A stretch of 64,000 nucleotides of DNA from assembly GCA_965261395.1 (NCBI GenBank), contig OZ253462.1, forward strand, positions 4,192,001-4,256,000, in the 5' to 3' direction. Below, piece after piece: positions 29,759 through 39,290 of this stretch (positions within the stretch are counted from its first letter, which is position 1; the number at the start of each line of letters is the position of its first letter). Below the pieces are notes generated by a model. The model made no database searches. It was not told the origin of the DNA and worked only from the letters and a program-made list of their open reading frames with translations. Made by a program: the position numbers and the translations under genes. Origin of the DNA: Candidatus Latescibacterota bacterium (GTDB taxonomy: Bacteria > Latescibacterota > UBA2968 > UBA8231).

Positions 29759-31051
29759 ATGGAGTCGATTCAGGTGGTAGATATCGGCCGCTATGAGGGC
29801 CAAGAAGTGGTGCTGCGCGGTTGGTTGTACAACAAGCGATCGAGCGGCAAGCTGCATTTTCTGCAACTGCGCGACGGTAGCGGTGTAGTACAATGCGTTG
29901 TTTTTAAAGGGGATGTCGAAGCCGAGTTGTTCGAGCGCTGCAATCACTTGCCCCAAGAATCTTCGCTCGTAGTCCGCGGCCAAGTACGGCGGGAGGCGCG
30001 CTCACCCATCGGCTATGAAGTAGGAGTCCTCGACCTCGAAGTCGTGCAGGAGGCCGAGCCATACCCCATTACACCCAAGGAACACGGGGTATCCTTTCTC
30101 CTCGACCACCGCCACTTGTGGCTGCGGTCTATGCGGCCTGGGGCCATTCTCAAGATCCGCAGCGAAATTTGCAAGGCTTGCCGCGACTTTATGGAAGAGC
30201 GCGACTTTGTCCTCGTGGATGCGCCGATTTTTACGCCCGCGGCCTGTGAAGGAACCTCGACCCTGTTTGAGACCGCGTATTTCGACGACACGGCCTATTT
30301 GACTCAGAGCGGCCAGCTCTATATGGAAGCGGCTGCCATGGCCTTGGGCAAGGTCTATTGTTTTGGCCCGACGTTCCGAGCTGAAAAGTCCAAGACTCGT
30401 CGTCACCTGACCGAGTTCTGGATGATCGAGCCGGAGATGGCGTATTGCGATTTAGAGGGTGCCATGGCCTTGGCCGAGGACATGGTCCTGTACGTAATTG
30501 ACCGTGTGCTCGACCGCCGCTGCGAAGAGCTAAAGCTCCTCGACCGAGATACCGCCAAACTGGAACAGGTCAGCCGGCCCTTTCCGCGCATGACCTACGA
30601 TGGGGCCGTCGAGCGCTTGGCTGCCCTTGGCAGCGACATCGCATGGGGGAGTGATCTGGGTGGGGACGACGAAACCGTCCTCGCCTCCGAACTTGAATCG
30701 CCGGTTTTCGTCCACCGCTATCCCAGCGCGGTCAAAGCGTTCTACATGAAAGAAGATGCCCAAGACCGCCGCTTGGCCCTGTGCATGGACCTGTTGGCCC
30801 CCGAAGGGTACGGGGAAATCATCGGGGGTGGGCAACGCGAAGACGACCTCGCCGTTTTGCAGCACAAGATCGCCACACATCAGTTACCCCAAGAGGCCTT
30901 TAGCTGGTATCTCGACTTGCGGCGCTACGGTTCGGTAGAGCACGCCGGCTTTGGCATGGGGATTGAGCGGGTGGTCGCTTGGTTGTGCGGCCTCAAGCAC
31001 GTGCGTGAGACCATTCCATTTCCGCGCATGATGCAGCGCCTCTATCCATAA
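29759..31051 (+). CDS. asnS: Asparagine--tRNA ligase
   Basis: [57 protein letters not shown]. Confidence 0.95.
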   Translation: MESIQVVDIGRYEGQEVVLRGWLYNKRSSGKLHFLQLRDGSGVVQCVVFKGDVEAELFERCNHLPQESSLVVRGQVRREARSPIGYEVGVLDLEVVQEAEPYPITPKEHGVSFLLDHRHLWLRSMRPGAILKIRSEICKACRDFMEERDFVLVDAPIFTPAACEGTSTLFETAYFDDTAYLTQSGQLYMEAAAMALGKVYCFGPTFRAEKSKTRRHLTEFWMIEPEMAYCDLEGAMALAEDMVLYVIDRVLDRRCEELKLLDRDTAKLEQVSRPFPRMTYDGAVERLAALGSDIAWGSDLGGDDETVLASELESPVFVHRYPSAVKAFYMKEDAQDRRLALCMDLLAPEGYGEIIGGGQREDDLAVLQHKIATHQLPQEAFSWYLDLRRYGSVEHAGFGMGIERVVAWLCGLKHVRETIPFPRMMQRLYP

Positions 31052-31079
31052 ATGTCTTATAAGGATAATTATGTCAACC
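31052..31079 (+). other. dif-like site: ATGTCTTATAA GGATAA TTATGTCAACC
   Basis: Starts immediately after the asnS stop. The spacer provides the leuS SD (AAGGA) and the right arm contains the leuS ATG. Confidence 0.75.
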
Positions 31080-33977
31080 GAAATAAAAAAAGGCCAATAC
31101 AACTTCCAAACCATCGAAGCCAAATGGAGATCCCGTTGGGAACAGGAGAAGACCTATCAAACGCTGGGACCGGGGGATCCAGGCTTCGATGGCAGCAAAC
31201 CCAAGTGCTACATCCTCGATATGTTTCCCTATCCAAGCGGTGCGGGGTTGCACATAGGCCATCCCAAAGGGTATATCGCCAGCGACATTTACAGCCGCTA
31301 CAAAAGGATGCAGGGATTTAACGTCCTGCATCCGATGGGGTTCGACAGTTTCGGGTTGCCGGCCGAGCAATACGCTATCGAACACAATATTCATCCAGCG
31401 ACCGTTACCGAGCAGAATATCGATGCGATGCGCGGCCAATTGCAGTTCCTCGGGCTGTCGTTTGACTGGGCCCGCGAAGTGGTTACGTCGCGGGCGTCGT
31501 ACTACCGCTGGACCCAGTGGATTTTCGCCCAGCTATTCGATAGCTATTTCGACGCAGGCGAGATTTGGGAAGACGGCAATGGACGCCAAATCAAGGGTCG
31601 GGCCAAGCCCATCGCCGACTTAGAGGCGCAATTTGCTGCTGGTAGGGCGTTGTCGGCAGCAGATCGCCAGATTCTTGGCACCGACGTGGCTTGGTCTGCA
31701 CTAACCGTGGCTGGGCGGCAAGCTGTGCTGAACAACTACCGGCTGGCGTACCAGCAAGAAGCCGTCGTCAACTGGTGCCCTGGCTTGGGCACTGTGTTGG
31801 CCAACGAGGAGGTAACCAACGAAGGCCGCAGCGAGCGAGGCGATTTCCCTGTGTATCGCAAACCGTTGCGGCAATGGACGATGCGCATAACATCCTACGC
31901 CGAGCGGCTCATAGAGGACTTGGACTTTGAACTGGAAGACCGCAACGGCGCACCCTTCCGGCTCGATTGGCCAGAGCCCATCAAGCGGATGCAGCGCAAT
32001 TGGATCGGCCGCAGCGAAGGGGCGGAAGTGCTCTTCGATGTCCTCGATCCGCAAAGCGACGCGGTCGCCAGTCAGTTGCCCGTGTTCACGACCCGGCCCG
32101 ACACGCTCTTTGGGGCGACCTTTATGGCCATTGCTCCGCAGCATCCGCTGGTGGATTCCGCCGAGGAATCCTACTTGGTTCCCAGCGCTTGGCCCGACGG
32201 GACGCCTGAGCGGTGGAAGGGGGGAGGGCAGTCCATCCGGGAAGCCGTAGACCAGTACGTAGCGCAGGCTGCCGTCTCCACTGCGGATGAGACCAAGGGA
32301 AAAACGGGCATCTTCTGCGGCATCTACGCCCGCAATCCAGTCAATGGACAAAAGATCCCCATTTTCGTCGCCGACTACGTCAGCATGGACTACGGCGAGG
32401 GAGCGATTATGGCCGTACCGGCCCACGACGAACGCGATTTCGCCTTCGCCACGGCCTATAACTTGGATATCGTGCGGGTGGTTGACGGAGGGGAAAGGGA
32501 GGCCGCAGGGTGGTATGCGGGGGAGGGAACCGCTATCAATTCACCTCCAGTACTGAAGGCGGACAGCGCGTCGGACGGCGGCGATAATCCATATGCCATC
32601 ACCGGGTTGGCGACGGCCGCGGCCAAAGCCCAGATTGTCGCCGCACTTGCTGCTCAGGGGCGAGGTCAGGCGGCGATAAACTACAAACTGCGCGACTGGA
32701 CCTTCGCTCGGCAGCGCTATTGGGGTGAACCTTTTCCGCTGGCCACGCATCCCGATGGATATTCTGTCGCGGTCGCCCCCCCGGTGGCGCTGCCGGATGT
32801 AGAGGATTTCAGGCCGGATACCTCCGACGATCCCGCCCAACCCGTCTCACCGCCGCTGCACCGGGCCGGCCCGGAGTGGACGACGGTGGAAATTGATGGG
32901 GTGGCCTGCCAGCGCGAACTCAACGTCATGCCCCAATGGGCCGGTTCTTGCTGGTACTATCTCCGCTTTATCGATCCCAACAACGAAGAAGCCTTCTGCG
33001 ACTCGGCTAAGGAGGGCTACTTCATGCCCGTTGATCTCTACATCGGTGGCGCTGAACACGCGGTGTTGCACTTGCTCTACGCCCGGTTTTGGCACAAGGC
33101 CCTCTACGACTTAGGCCACGTATCCACGCCCGAGCCGTTTAAGAAGCTGTTCAACCAAGGCATGATGACTGCGGATGCTTTTCAGGACGAGCGCGGCGTG
33201 TATATCGACATCCGCGAGGTCGAGTTCCGCGACGGGGAGCCTGTTGAGAAGGGGACGGGGAAGACGCTGCGCCGGTCTCCCGGCAAGATGGGCAAGCGCT
33301 ACAAAAACGGGTTGCCGCCCGAAGAAGTCGGCGAGGAATTTGGCGTGGATACCCTGCGGCTGTACGAAATGTACATGGGGCCGCTCGAAGCGAGTGCGCC
33401 GTGGAGCATGGAAGGCATTCGCGGGATGCAGCGCTTTTTGCAGCGCGTTTGGCGCAACTTTGTCGATTCGGATCGACATATAAAGATAGGGGAGAGTGCT
33501 GCGCTTGCGCTGGAGCTAGAACGCAAGCTGCATCAAACCATCCAAAAGGTAACCGATGACATAGAAGGGCTGCGGTTTAATACGGCTATTGCTGCCTTGA
33601 TCGAGCTAAACAACCAGTTGGTGCCCTTGGACGAGGTGCCGCAGGCTGTCGCCAAGCCCTCCTTGATCCTACTCGCGTCCTTTGCTCCGCATATTGCCGA
33701 GGAGCTATGGGATATGGCGGATTTTGGGAGGGGGGACCTCAGTCGCCAAAGCTGGCCGGAATGGGATGCAACCAAGGCCGCCGAGGACATGATCGTAGTG
33801 CCCATTCAGATCAATGGAAAAATGCGCGGACAAGTCGAAGTGCCGGTCCGCACTGGAGAGGACGCGATAAAGTCCTTGGTGCTCGACATGGAGAGCATCC
33901 AGAAATACGTGGCCGATGAGACGGCGATAAAGCGGTTTATATGGGTGCCGAATAAGATCGTCAATATTGTAGTGTAG
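31071..33977 (+). CDS. leuS: Leucine--tRNA ligase
   Basis: MFPYPSGAGLHIGH, GFDSFGLPAE, FTTRPDT, GGAEHAVLHLLYARF, KMGKR. Confidence 0.98.
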   Translation: MSTEIKKGQYNFQTIEAKWRSRWEQEKTYQTLGPGDPGFDGSKPKCYILDMFPYPSGAGLHIGHPKGYIASDIYSRYKRMQGFNVLHPMGFDSFGLPAEQYAIEHNIHPATVTEQNIDAMRGQLQFLGLSFDWAREVVTSRASYYRWTQWIFAQLFDSYFDAGEIWEDGNGRQIKGRAKPIADLEAQFAAGRALSAADRQILGTDVAWSALTVAGRQAVLNNYRLAYQQEAVVNWCPGLGTVLANEEVTNEGRSERGDFPVYRKPLRQWTMRITSYAERLIEDLDFELEDRNGAPFRLDWPEPIKRMQRNWIGRSEGAEVLFDVLDPQSDAVASQLPVFTTRPDTLFGATFMAIAPQHPLVDSAEESYLVPSAWPDGTPERWKGGGQSIREAVDQYVAQAAVSTADETKGKTGIFCGIYARNPVNGQKIPIFVADYVSMDYGEGAIMAVPAHDERDFAFATAYNLDIVRVVDGGEREAAGWYAGEGTAINSPPVLKADSASDGGDNPYAITGLATAAAKAQIVAALAAQGRGQAAINYKLRDWTFARQRYWGEPFPLATHPDGYSVAVAPPVALPDVEDFRPDTSDDPAQPVSPPLHRAGPEWTTVEIDGVACQRELNVMPQWAGSCWYYLRFIDPNNEEAFCDSAKEGYFMPVDLYIGGAEHAVLHLLYARFWHKALYDLGHVSTPEPFKKLFNQGMMTADAFQDERGVYIDIREVEFRDGEPVEKGTGKTLRRSPGKMGKRYKNGLPPEEVGEEFGVDTLRLYEMYMGPLEASAPWSMEGIRGMQRFLQRVWRNFVDSDRHIKIGESAALALELERKLHQTIQKVTDDIEGLRFNTAIAALIELNNQLVPLDEVPQAVAKPSLILLASFAPHIAEELWDMADFGRGDLSRQSWPEWDATKAAEDMIVVPIQINGKMRGQVEVPVRTGEDAIKSLVLDMESIQKYVADETAIKRFIWVPNKIVNIVV

Positions 33978-33980
33978 GAA

Positions 33981-34007
33981 TCACGGACACTCATGAGGTG
34001 TCCGTGA
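33981..34007. terminator. Hairpin after leuS, between convergent leuS and recombinase
   Basis: TCACGGACAC / GTGTCCGTGA perfect stem. Confidence 0.7.
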
Positions 34008-34017
34008 AGAATCAAAA

Positions 34018-34046
34018 ATGTCTTATAAAATGTTAATATGTAAACA
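34018..34046 (+). other. dif-like site (7-bp spacer): ATGTCTTATAA AATGTTA ATATGTAAACA
   Basis: Left arm is identical to those at 31052 and 37523; followed by A-tracts. Confidence 0.7.
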
Positions 34047-34081
34047 AAAGTAAAAAAGAATCAACAAACTAAAAAAAACCC

Positions 34082-35056
34082 TCAACTACCAATCCTAATA
34101 TAATCAGACGCATTATCGAGCAGCCTTTCGCGGTTCTCATAGTAGCGCATAGTCGTCTTTAGATCCTTGTGGCGCAAATGAGCTTGTACCTGTTGGGGCT
34201 TGGCTCCGCCTTCAATCGCCAGGGTGCAGCACGTGTGGCGGAACATGTGCGCGGTGACATTCTGGGGAAGGCCAGCGCGCAGGGCGTATTTCTTGACGAT
34301 GTGATTTACCGACTGGTCGGTCAGCGGCTGGCCGCGCGAATGGTTACGCGACAGGCTGATGAAGACCTTGCCGGTCGCCGGCAAACCCGCCACCTGTAGT
34401 TGTTGTTTGTATAGTTCGAGATGATGTAGGACGACGCTTTGTAGTTTGATCTCCTGCGCCACGCCCGATTTAGTCTGGGGCAGGTGCAGGATGTAAAAGA
34501 CGCCTTCTAAGGCTATATCCTCCCAGGCGACGCCCGCCACCTCGGAGCGGCGCAGCCCGCCGAAAGTGAGCAACTGAAAGATGGCCGCATCCCGCGTGCG
34601 GACCAAGTCGTCTTTTTCCTCGGCAATAGCTTGCTGCATCTTGTGCAACACCTGATTGGAAAGCGCTTTGCCGGCCAGCGTTTCGTCCACTTTGTAGCCG
34701 CGCACCAAGGTGGAGTCGGCGGGATTCTTCTCGATGTGGCCTAAGGCGACCAGCATCTTGAATAACGACTTCAGGCTGGACAATTTTCTGTTGATGCTGC
34801 TGCGCTTGTAGCCTTCGCTGGCGAGTTGGTTTCTAAAGGCGACCACGTGCTCAAAGGTGATTGACTGCAAGACGGCGAGCGACACGTCATTTAGTTCCAT
34901 GCCGATAGATGCAAAGAAATGCTGGAGATCGGCGTAATACGCACGTCGAGTGCGCTCGCTGAGCTGACCGCTGAGAAATTGTTCCAAAGGGTCGTCCGAG
35001 ACCAACGCTGGTGTTGGCGTCAGCCGGCGGACGACCGGATTGAGTGTTTCGCTCAT
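34082..35056 (-). CDS. Xer-type tyrosine recombinase
   Basis: Core-binding domain (SERTRRAYYADL, SSINRKLSSLKSLFK) and catalytic R (GLRRSE), K (TKSG), HxxR (HMFRH), H (LRHKD) and Y (TTMRY). Confidence 0.93.
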   Translation of the reverse strand: MSETLNPVVRRLTPTPALVSDDPLEQFLSGQLSERTRRAYYADLQHFFASIGMELNDVSLAVLQSITFEHVVAFRNQLASEGYKRSSINRKLSSLKSLFKMLVALGHIEKNPADSTLVRGYKVDETLAGKALSNQVLHKMQQAIAEEKDDLVRTRDAAIFQLLTFGGLRRSEVAGVAWEDIALEGVFYILHLPQTKSGVAQEIKLQSVVLHHLELYKQQLQVAGLPATGKVFISLSRNHSRGQPLTDQSVNHIVKKYALRAGLPQNVTAHMFRHTCCTLAIEGGAKPQQVQAHLRHKDLKTTMRYYENRERLLDNASDYIRIGS

Positions 35057-35156
35057 AAATACTCGCTGGGGCTTAATTGGTATCTAATGTCCCAAATATA
35101 GCGAACATCGCGACATTTTGTTGCCGCATATCACAAGGGATTCGCCTAGTTTTTAG

Positions 35157-35184
35157 ACTATTGATAATGCCTGTTATCGTTAGT
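35157..35184. other. Palindromic 11-6-11 tyrosine-recombinase site ACTATTGATAA TGCCTG TTATCGTTAGT, candidate chromosomal dif or cognate site
   Basis: Arms are 9/11 inverted repeats. The site lies about 100 bp upstream of the recombinase and coincides with the GC-skew switch. Confidence 0.65.
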
Positions 35185-35207
35185 ATAATGACTAAATTAA
35201 TAAAGAA

Positions 35208-36974
35208 CTAGAATTTTCTCAATAGACGCTCCATATCGCTCAATTTCATCCTCGCCATGATCGGCTTGTCCGTCGGGCTTATGTGCGGCGAATCAACCTT
35301 TAGCAATTCGTTGATCAAGTGCTCCATTTCTTCGGCGTTCAGTTTCTGTCCCTTCTTGATGCTCGCTTTGCGCACGTAAGCCAAGACGAGTGCTTCGCGC
35401 CAAGATCGGCCCGAATGCTGGCCATCGCGCACATCGTTCAATAGTTGATAAAAAACATCGCCTTCGCCAAAGCGATCCAATTCCGCGGGCACCGCTTCCA
35501 CCAACACCGTCCGCACACCAAAATCCCGCACGGCAAAGCCCAGCTTGGCAATGTCAGCCCGCACTTGGTTGAAGATCGCAAAATCCGCTGCGCCCATTTC
35601 TAGCTGTATGGGAAAGAGCAACTGCTGACTTGTCTCGCCAAGGTGAGGTGAAGCGCCGGCCACGCCGGCCATTTGCGCCATCGCCCGATCGTAGTTGATG
35701 CGTTCGTGCGCGGCCTGCTGATCGACGAAGAGCAAGCCGTCGGCTACCTCGACGAGGATGTACTGGTTGTGGACCTGCCACATCGCGGCGTCTTCGGCTA
35801 AGGCGACTTTGGCCTCGGCCGAGGCCACGAAGGTCAGGGCAAGTTGGTCGTCTGCATCGTGGGTTGCTGTTACCTCGGGCTCGCTAGGCGTGGGCAAGCT
35901 GTGCAACGCCGGCGACGTCGGTTCGCCCACCCGGACCGGGACCGGCGCGACGCTCGCAGCACTGCTGTCATAGACAAAGGATTGCGTATCGGGCAGTCTG
36001 AGCTTCTGCCGGACGCTATTCTCAATGGCCGCGACAACCTGCCCTTCGTTGGCTAAGCGAATCTCCCGTTTTGTCGGATGGACGTTGACGTCGATTTTCT
36101 TGGGATCCATATCGATCCAGAGCATGAATACCGGATGATGGCCTTCGGGCAGCAGCCCCCCAAAGCAGCGCTGTACAGCACTGGCCATCAGCCGCGAATA
36201 AATGGGCCGCCCCTGAACGATGAGGTACTGCTTGCCCTTGCTCCGGCCGCAGTGCTCGGAGCCAGCCAAGACTCCTTCGATCTTGAGGCCCTCCTCCTCG
36301 TGAGCGAAATCCAACAGTTCGGTGACTGGAATGCCCAACAGCTCGGCCGCCCGCTCCCGACGAGATGCCGGGGCGTAGCTCAATACCTTGCGATCTTGGT
36401 GCTCTAATTCAAAGCTAAGGGCCGGATAGCTGGCGGCTAAATGGATAATGGTCTGTGCCACGTGGCGGGCTTCCGTATCAACGGGCCGGAGGAATTTTCG
36501 ACGGGCCGGCGTATTAAAGAACAGATTCTTCACCACGATGGTCGTGCCACGCGCTCGGCCCATACTGTGCATCTCTCGCTCTATCCCCCCTTCCACGACC
36601 AAGCGCGTCCCAACTTCGTCTTGCTGCGCACGCGATTCTATCGCCAAGTAGGCCACCGCCCCAATACTGGCTAGGGCCTCGCCGCGAAACCCCAGGGTCT
36701 GAATGTGAAACAGGTCGGCCACCGAGGCCATCTTGCTCGTGGCATGACGACGCGCGCACAGAGCAATATCCTCTCTGTTCATGCCCGAGCCATCGTCGGT
36801 TACGACAATTGACTGCTTGCCACCGGCCTTGATTTCTACGCGGATTTTAGCGGCACCCGCATCAATCGAGTTTTCGACCAATTCCTTCACGACCGAGGCT
36901 GGCCGTTCCACTACCTCACCGGCGGCAATTTTTCCAATGAGACTTTCGTCGAGAACGCGAATGGTACTCGTCAT
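35208..36974 (-). CDS. mutL: DNA mismatch repair protein MutL
   Basis: IAAGEVVERPASVVKELVENSIDAGA, TLGFRGEALASI, FFNTPARRKFL, DVNVHPTKRE. Confidence 0.97.
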   Translation of the reverse strand: MTSTIRVLDESLIGKIAAGEVVERPASVVKELVENSIDAGAAKIRVEIKAGGKQSIVVTDDGSGMNREDIALCARRHATSKMASVADLFHIQTLGFRGEALASIGAVAYLAIESRAQQDEVGTRLVVEGGIEREMHSMGRARGTTIVVKNLFFNTPARRKFLRPVDTEARHVAQTIIHLAASYPALSFELEHQDRKVLSYAPASRRERAAELLGIPVTELLDFAHEEEGLKIEGVLAGSEHCGRSKGKQYLIVQGRPIYSRLMASAVQRCFGGLLPEGHHPVFMLWIDMDPKKIDVNVHPTKREIRLANEGQVVAAIENSVRQKLRLPDTQSFVYDSSAASVAPVPVRVGEPTSPALHSLPTPSEPEVTATHDADDQLALTFVASAEAKVALAEDAAMWQVHNQYILVEVADGLLFVDQQAAHERINYDRAMAQMAGVAGASPHLGETSQQLLFPIQLEMGAADFAIFNQVRADIAKLGFAVRDFGVRTVLVEAVPAELDRFGEGDVFYQLLNDVRDGQHSGRSWREALVLAYVRKASIKKGQKLNAEEMEHLINELLKVDSPHISPTDKPIMARMKLSDMERLLRKF

Positions 36975-36980
36975 TTATCC

Positions 36981-37505
36981 TCACAACTCGGCCCAGAGCC
37001 GCTCGGCCTGCTGCCGGAATTCGGCTTGGGTAATTTTGCCTTGTTTGAGCGCGGTTTCCAAGTCGCGCAAGCGGCGGCGCGGCCCTCCTCCCCCTTTGAC
37101 ATCCAGCCGTATTTGGGACCAGATGTGCCACCCCCCCACGCCGAGCAACAAGGCGATGAAGACCACCCCGCCCCACCACGAGTCATCTTGCTCTTGGTGT
37201 ACCGCTCCCCCCTTTTGTCGCCAATCTTCAGCCACGGCTGAGTCGGGCTCGGCTAGCGCGATCCGCTTGGCCATCGTCGCGCCGTTGGTCCCTTGGACGC
37301 GCACGGCCCTTTTGAGCTGCCAAGTAAATCCCCGGGGTTTCTCGATCAGATGCTCAATGAGATCGGCCTCTCTTATCTGATCGAACTGCTCTTTGGTAAC
37401 CGGCACGGCCATAGGGCCAAGCATATTGAACAGCAACACGATCGCCAATAAGAAAGATGCTAACGCAAGAGCGAAGTATGTGGGTGGAGTGGATGAGTTA
37501 TTCAT
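36981..37505 (-). CDS. Hypothetical two-TM membrane protein with SHOCT-like C-terminus
   Basis: Two hydrophobic segments; C-terminal LKQGKITQAEF. Confidence 0.7.
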   Translation of the reverse strand: MNNSSTPPTYFALALASFLLAIVLLFNMLGPMAVPVTKEQFDQIREADLIEHLIEKPRGFTWQLKRAVRVQGTNGATMAKRIALAEPDSAVAEDWRQKGGAVHQEQDDSWWGGVVFIALLLGVGGWHIWSQIRLDVKGGGGPRRRLRDLETALKQGKITQAEFRQQAERLWAEL

Positions 37506-37522
37506 TATTTGTTTTTTATTTT

Positions 37523-37550
37523 TATTTACATATTAAATTTTATAAGACAT
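37523..37550 (-). other. dif-like site: ATGTCTTATAA AATTTA ATATGTAAATA
   Basis: Begins 1 nt after the stop of 37552-38352; followed by A-tracts. Confidence 0.75.
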
Positions 37551-37551
37551 T

Positions 37552-38352
37552 TTATTTTACTTGCCTACGGTTCAAGACCGCGTCTTGTCTTGCCGACGTG
37601 CGCATCCATTCCAAGAGACGATAGCTTTCAGCGACTTGGTCCAAACCCACCAACGGTTGAGCACGTCCTTGGATACAGGCGACGAAATTGCGATAATACG
37701 CCGCCAGATCGTCCGCTTCCCATGCCCAAGGCCAAGACGTGTCGACTATCTCGTCCTGTGCATACGAGCTGATCCGCAAAGCTGGGGCCACAGCCGGAAA
37801 GTCCATGAGTGCGACCGAGCCTTCGACGCCGTTGCGCATTCTCAGCAACGCAACCGACACGTCCTCCATGCGCCCGGGGTGAAAGAAGTTGCGCATCCTG
37901 CTGTACAGCATATCTACCCGCCCCCAAGTGCTCAGCAACAGGTCGCATACGTCCAAGGCCGCTTGGTTACAGATCATCTCGCGGTCGATGGGATCGAATA
38001 GAGCAGAATCAAAAGAAAGCTCTAGTGAGTAATGCGCTACGCCCTGCTGAGCGGCCAAAGCCGTGCAAAAGTGCGTATGCCTCCCCCGTGAAAATACGCA
38101 CACATTGGGGTGGCTGTTTGCAAACGACTCCTGCACGGGATGGGTGGCCATGACGTGGAGACCGGCTGCCGTGGCAACGCCAATCCAATGCGACTTGTCC
38201 TCCACGTGTAACAGCACCAGCCCATCTATTTTTTGTTTTAAGATCGCGGCGCAATCGGCTTGGTGTACGAGTTGGATATTGCAGCAGCCCCGCAAGGCAT
38301 CCCGATGGACGGCTATCTCGCGGGCATGGCCTGCTACGCCGAGCGTCATCAT
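37552..38352 (-). CDS. Divergent Gfo/Idh/MocA-like oxidoreductase-fold protein
   Basis: AATAAGLHV-like segment, EDVSVALLRMRNGVEG, NFVACIQG; the usual GxGxxG and EKP motifs are eroded. Confidence 0.55.
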   Translation of the reverse strand: MMTLGVAGHAREIAVHRDALRGCCNIQLVHQADCAAILKQKIDGLVLLHVEDKSHWIGVATAAGLHVMATHPVQESFANSHPNVCVFSRGRHTHFCTALAAQQGVAHYSLELSFDSALFDPIDREMICNQAALDVCDLLLSTWGRVDMLYSRMRNFFHPGRMEDVSVALLRMRNGVEGSVALMDFPAVAPALRISSYAQDEIVDTSWPWAWEADDLAAYYRNFVACIQGRAQPLVGLDQVAESYRLLEWMRTSARQDAVLNRRQVK

Positions 38353-39290
38353 GGTTTTTTGCCCGTCTTAATTCGCTCCTGAAGCCTTTGGCTAAACGTC
38401 CGCGCTGCGTAATCCCCGTCCAAGCGCAAGAGATAATCTATCGCGATGGTCTCGGCGAGTACCGTAATATTTTTACCGGGAAACAGCGGTATGAAGACCT
38501 CGGGCACCTCAACGCCGAGGATTACCACCTTATTGTCTTCGATGCCAAGGCGTTCGTAGGCGTATTTTTCGTCCCAATCGACGAGGTTGACCAACACCTC
38601 CACTCGCTTCTGCCGCCGAGTCCTCCACGCACCAAACATCTTTTTTACATCTAGGATGCCGATGCCGCGAATTTCGATGTGGTCTTGGAGCATCTCCGAG
38701 CTGCGCCCCACCAAAATGCCTTGGGGCTTGCGATTGATGATGACCATATCGTCGGCCACCAACCGATGCCCGCGCTCGACCAAATCCAAGGCGACCTCGC
38801 TCTTGCCAATACCGCTGCGGCCGCGAAAGAGCAGCCCTACCCCAGAGACATCGACCAGCGTCCCATGTATGGACACTTGGGGCGCGAACACCTCGTCGAG
38901 ATAAAAGCGGATGAGATGAGTAAATTCGGCTGTGGTGAATCCGGACTTTAGCAGCGGGACTTCGCGCTCGTCGGCTAGCTCCCGCAGCTCGGAGTACAAG
39001 CGCCCCCGACCGGTCAAGACTACGCATGGAATATCGAATTGATACATGATTTCGAGCGCCTGCCGCCGTCGATCTGGGGATAAGCTGCGCAGGTACTCCG
39101 CTTCGGTATTGCCCAAAAGCTGCACTTGATCCAAGGTAAACAGCTCGACGAAGCCTGTCAGAGCCAAGCCGGGACGATGGATGTCGCTGCTGTTTATGGT
39201 CCGCTGTAGCCCCTCGGCACCGGCGATGAGCTTCAGCTGTAGTTGCTCCCCGTAGGTCGCTAGTAGATCCTTGATGGCCAGTTTACTCAT
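38349..39290 (-). CDS. hprK: HPr kinase/phosphorylase
   Basis: IHRPGLAL, HGTLVDVSGVG, GRSGIGKSEVALDLVERGHRLVADD, EIRGIGI. Confidence 0.96.
   Translation of the reverse strand: MSKLAIKDLLATYGEQLQLKLIAGAEGLQRTINSSDIHRPGLALTGFVELFTLDQVQLLGNTEAEYLRSLSPDRRRQALEIMYQFDIPCVVLTGRGRLYSELRELADEREVPLLKSGFTTAEFTHLIRFYLDEVFAPQVSIHGTLVDVSGVGLLFRGRSGIGKSEVALDLVERGHRLVADDMVIINRKPQGILVGRSSEMLQDHIEIRGIGILDVKKMFGAWRTRRQKRVEVLVNLVDWDEKYAYERLGIEDNKVVILGVEVPEVFIPLFPGKNITVLAETIAIDYLLRLDGDYAARTFSQRLQERIKTGKKP

Noticed and set aside
33286-33300. LeuRS KMGKR instead of KMSKS as a sign of inactivation
   Set aside because: Both lysines are retained, KMGK variants are known in LeuRS, and the rest of the gene is intact.
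34082-35056. Recombinase as a prophage/ICE integrase or integron integrase
   Set aside because: No cargo, phage or conjugation genes. It is flanked by leuS and mutL, and no IntI-type insertion or attC-like hairpin array is evident.
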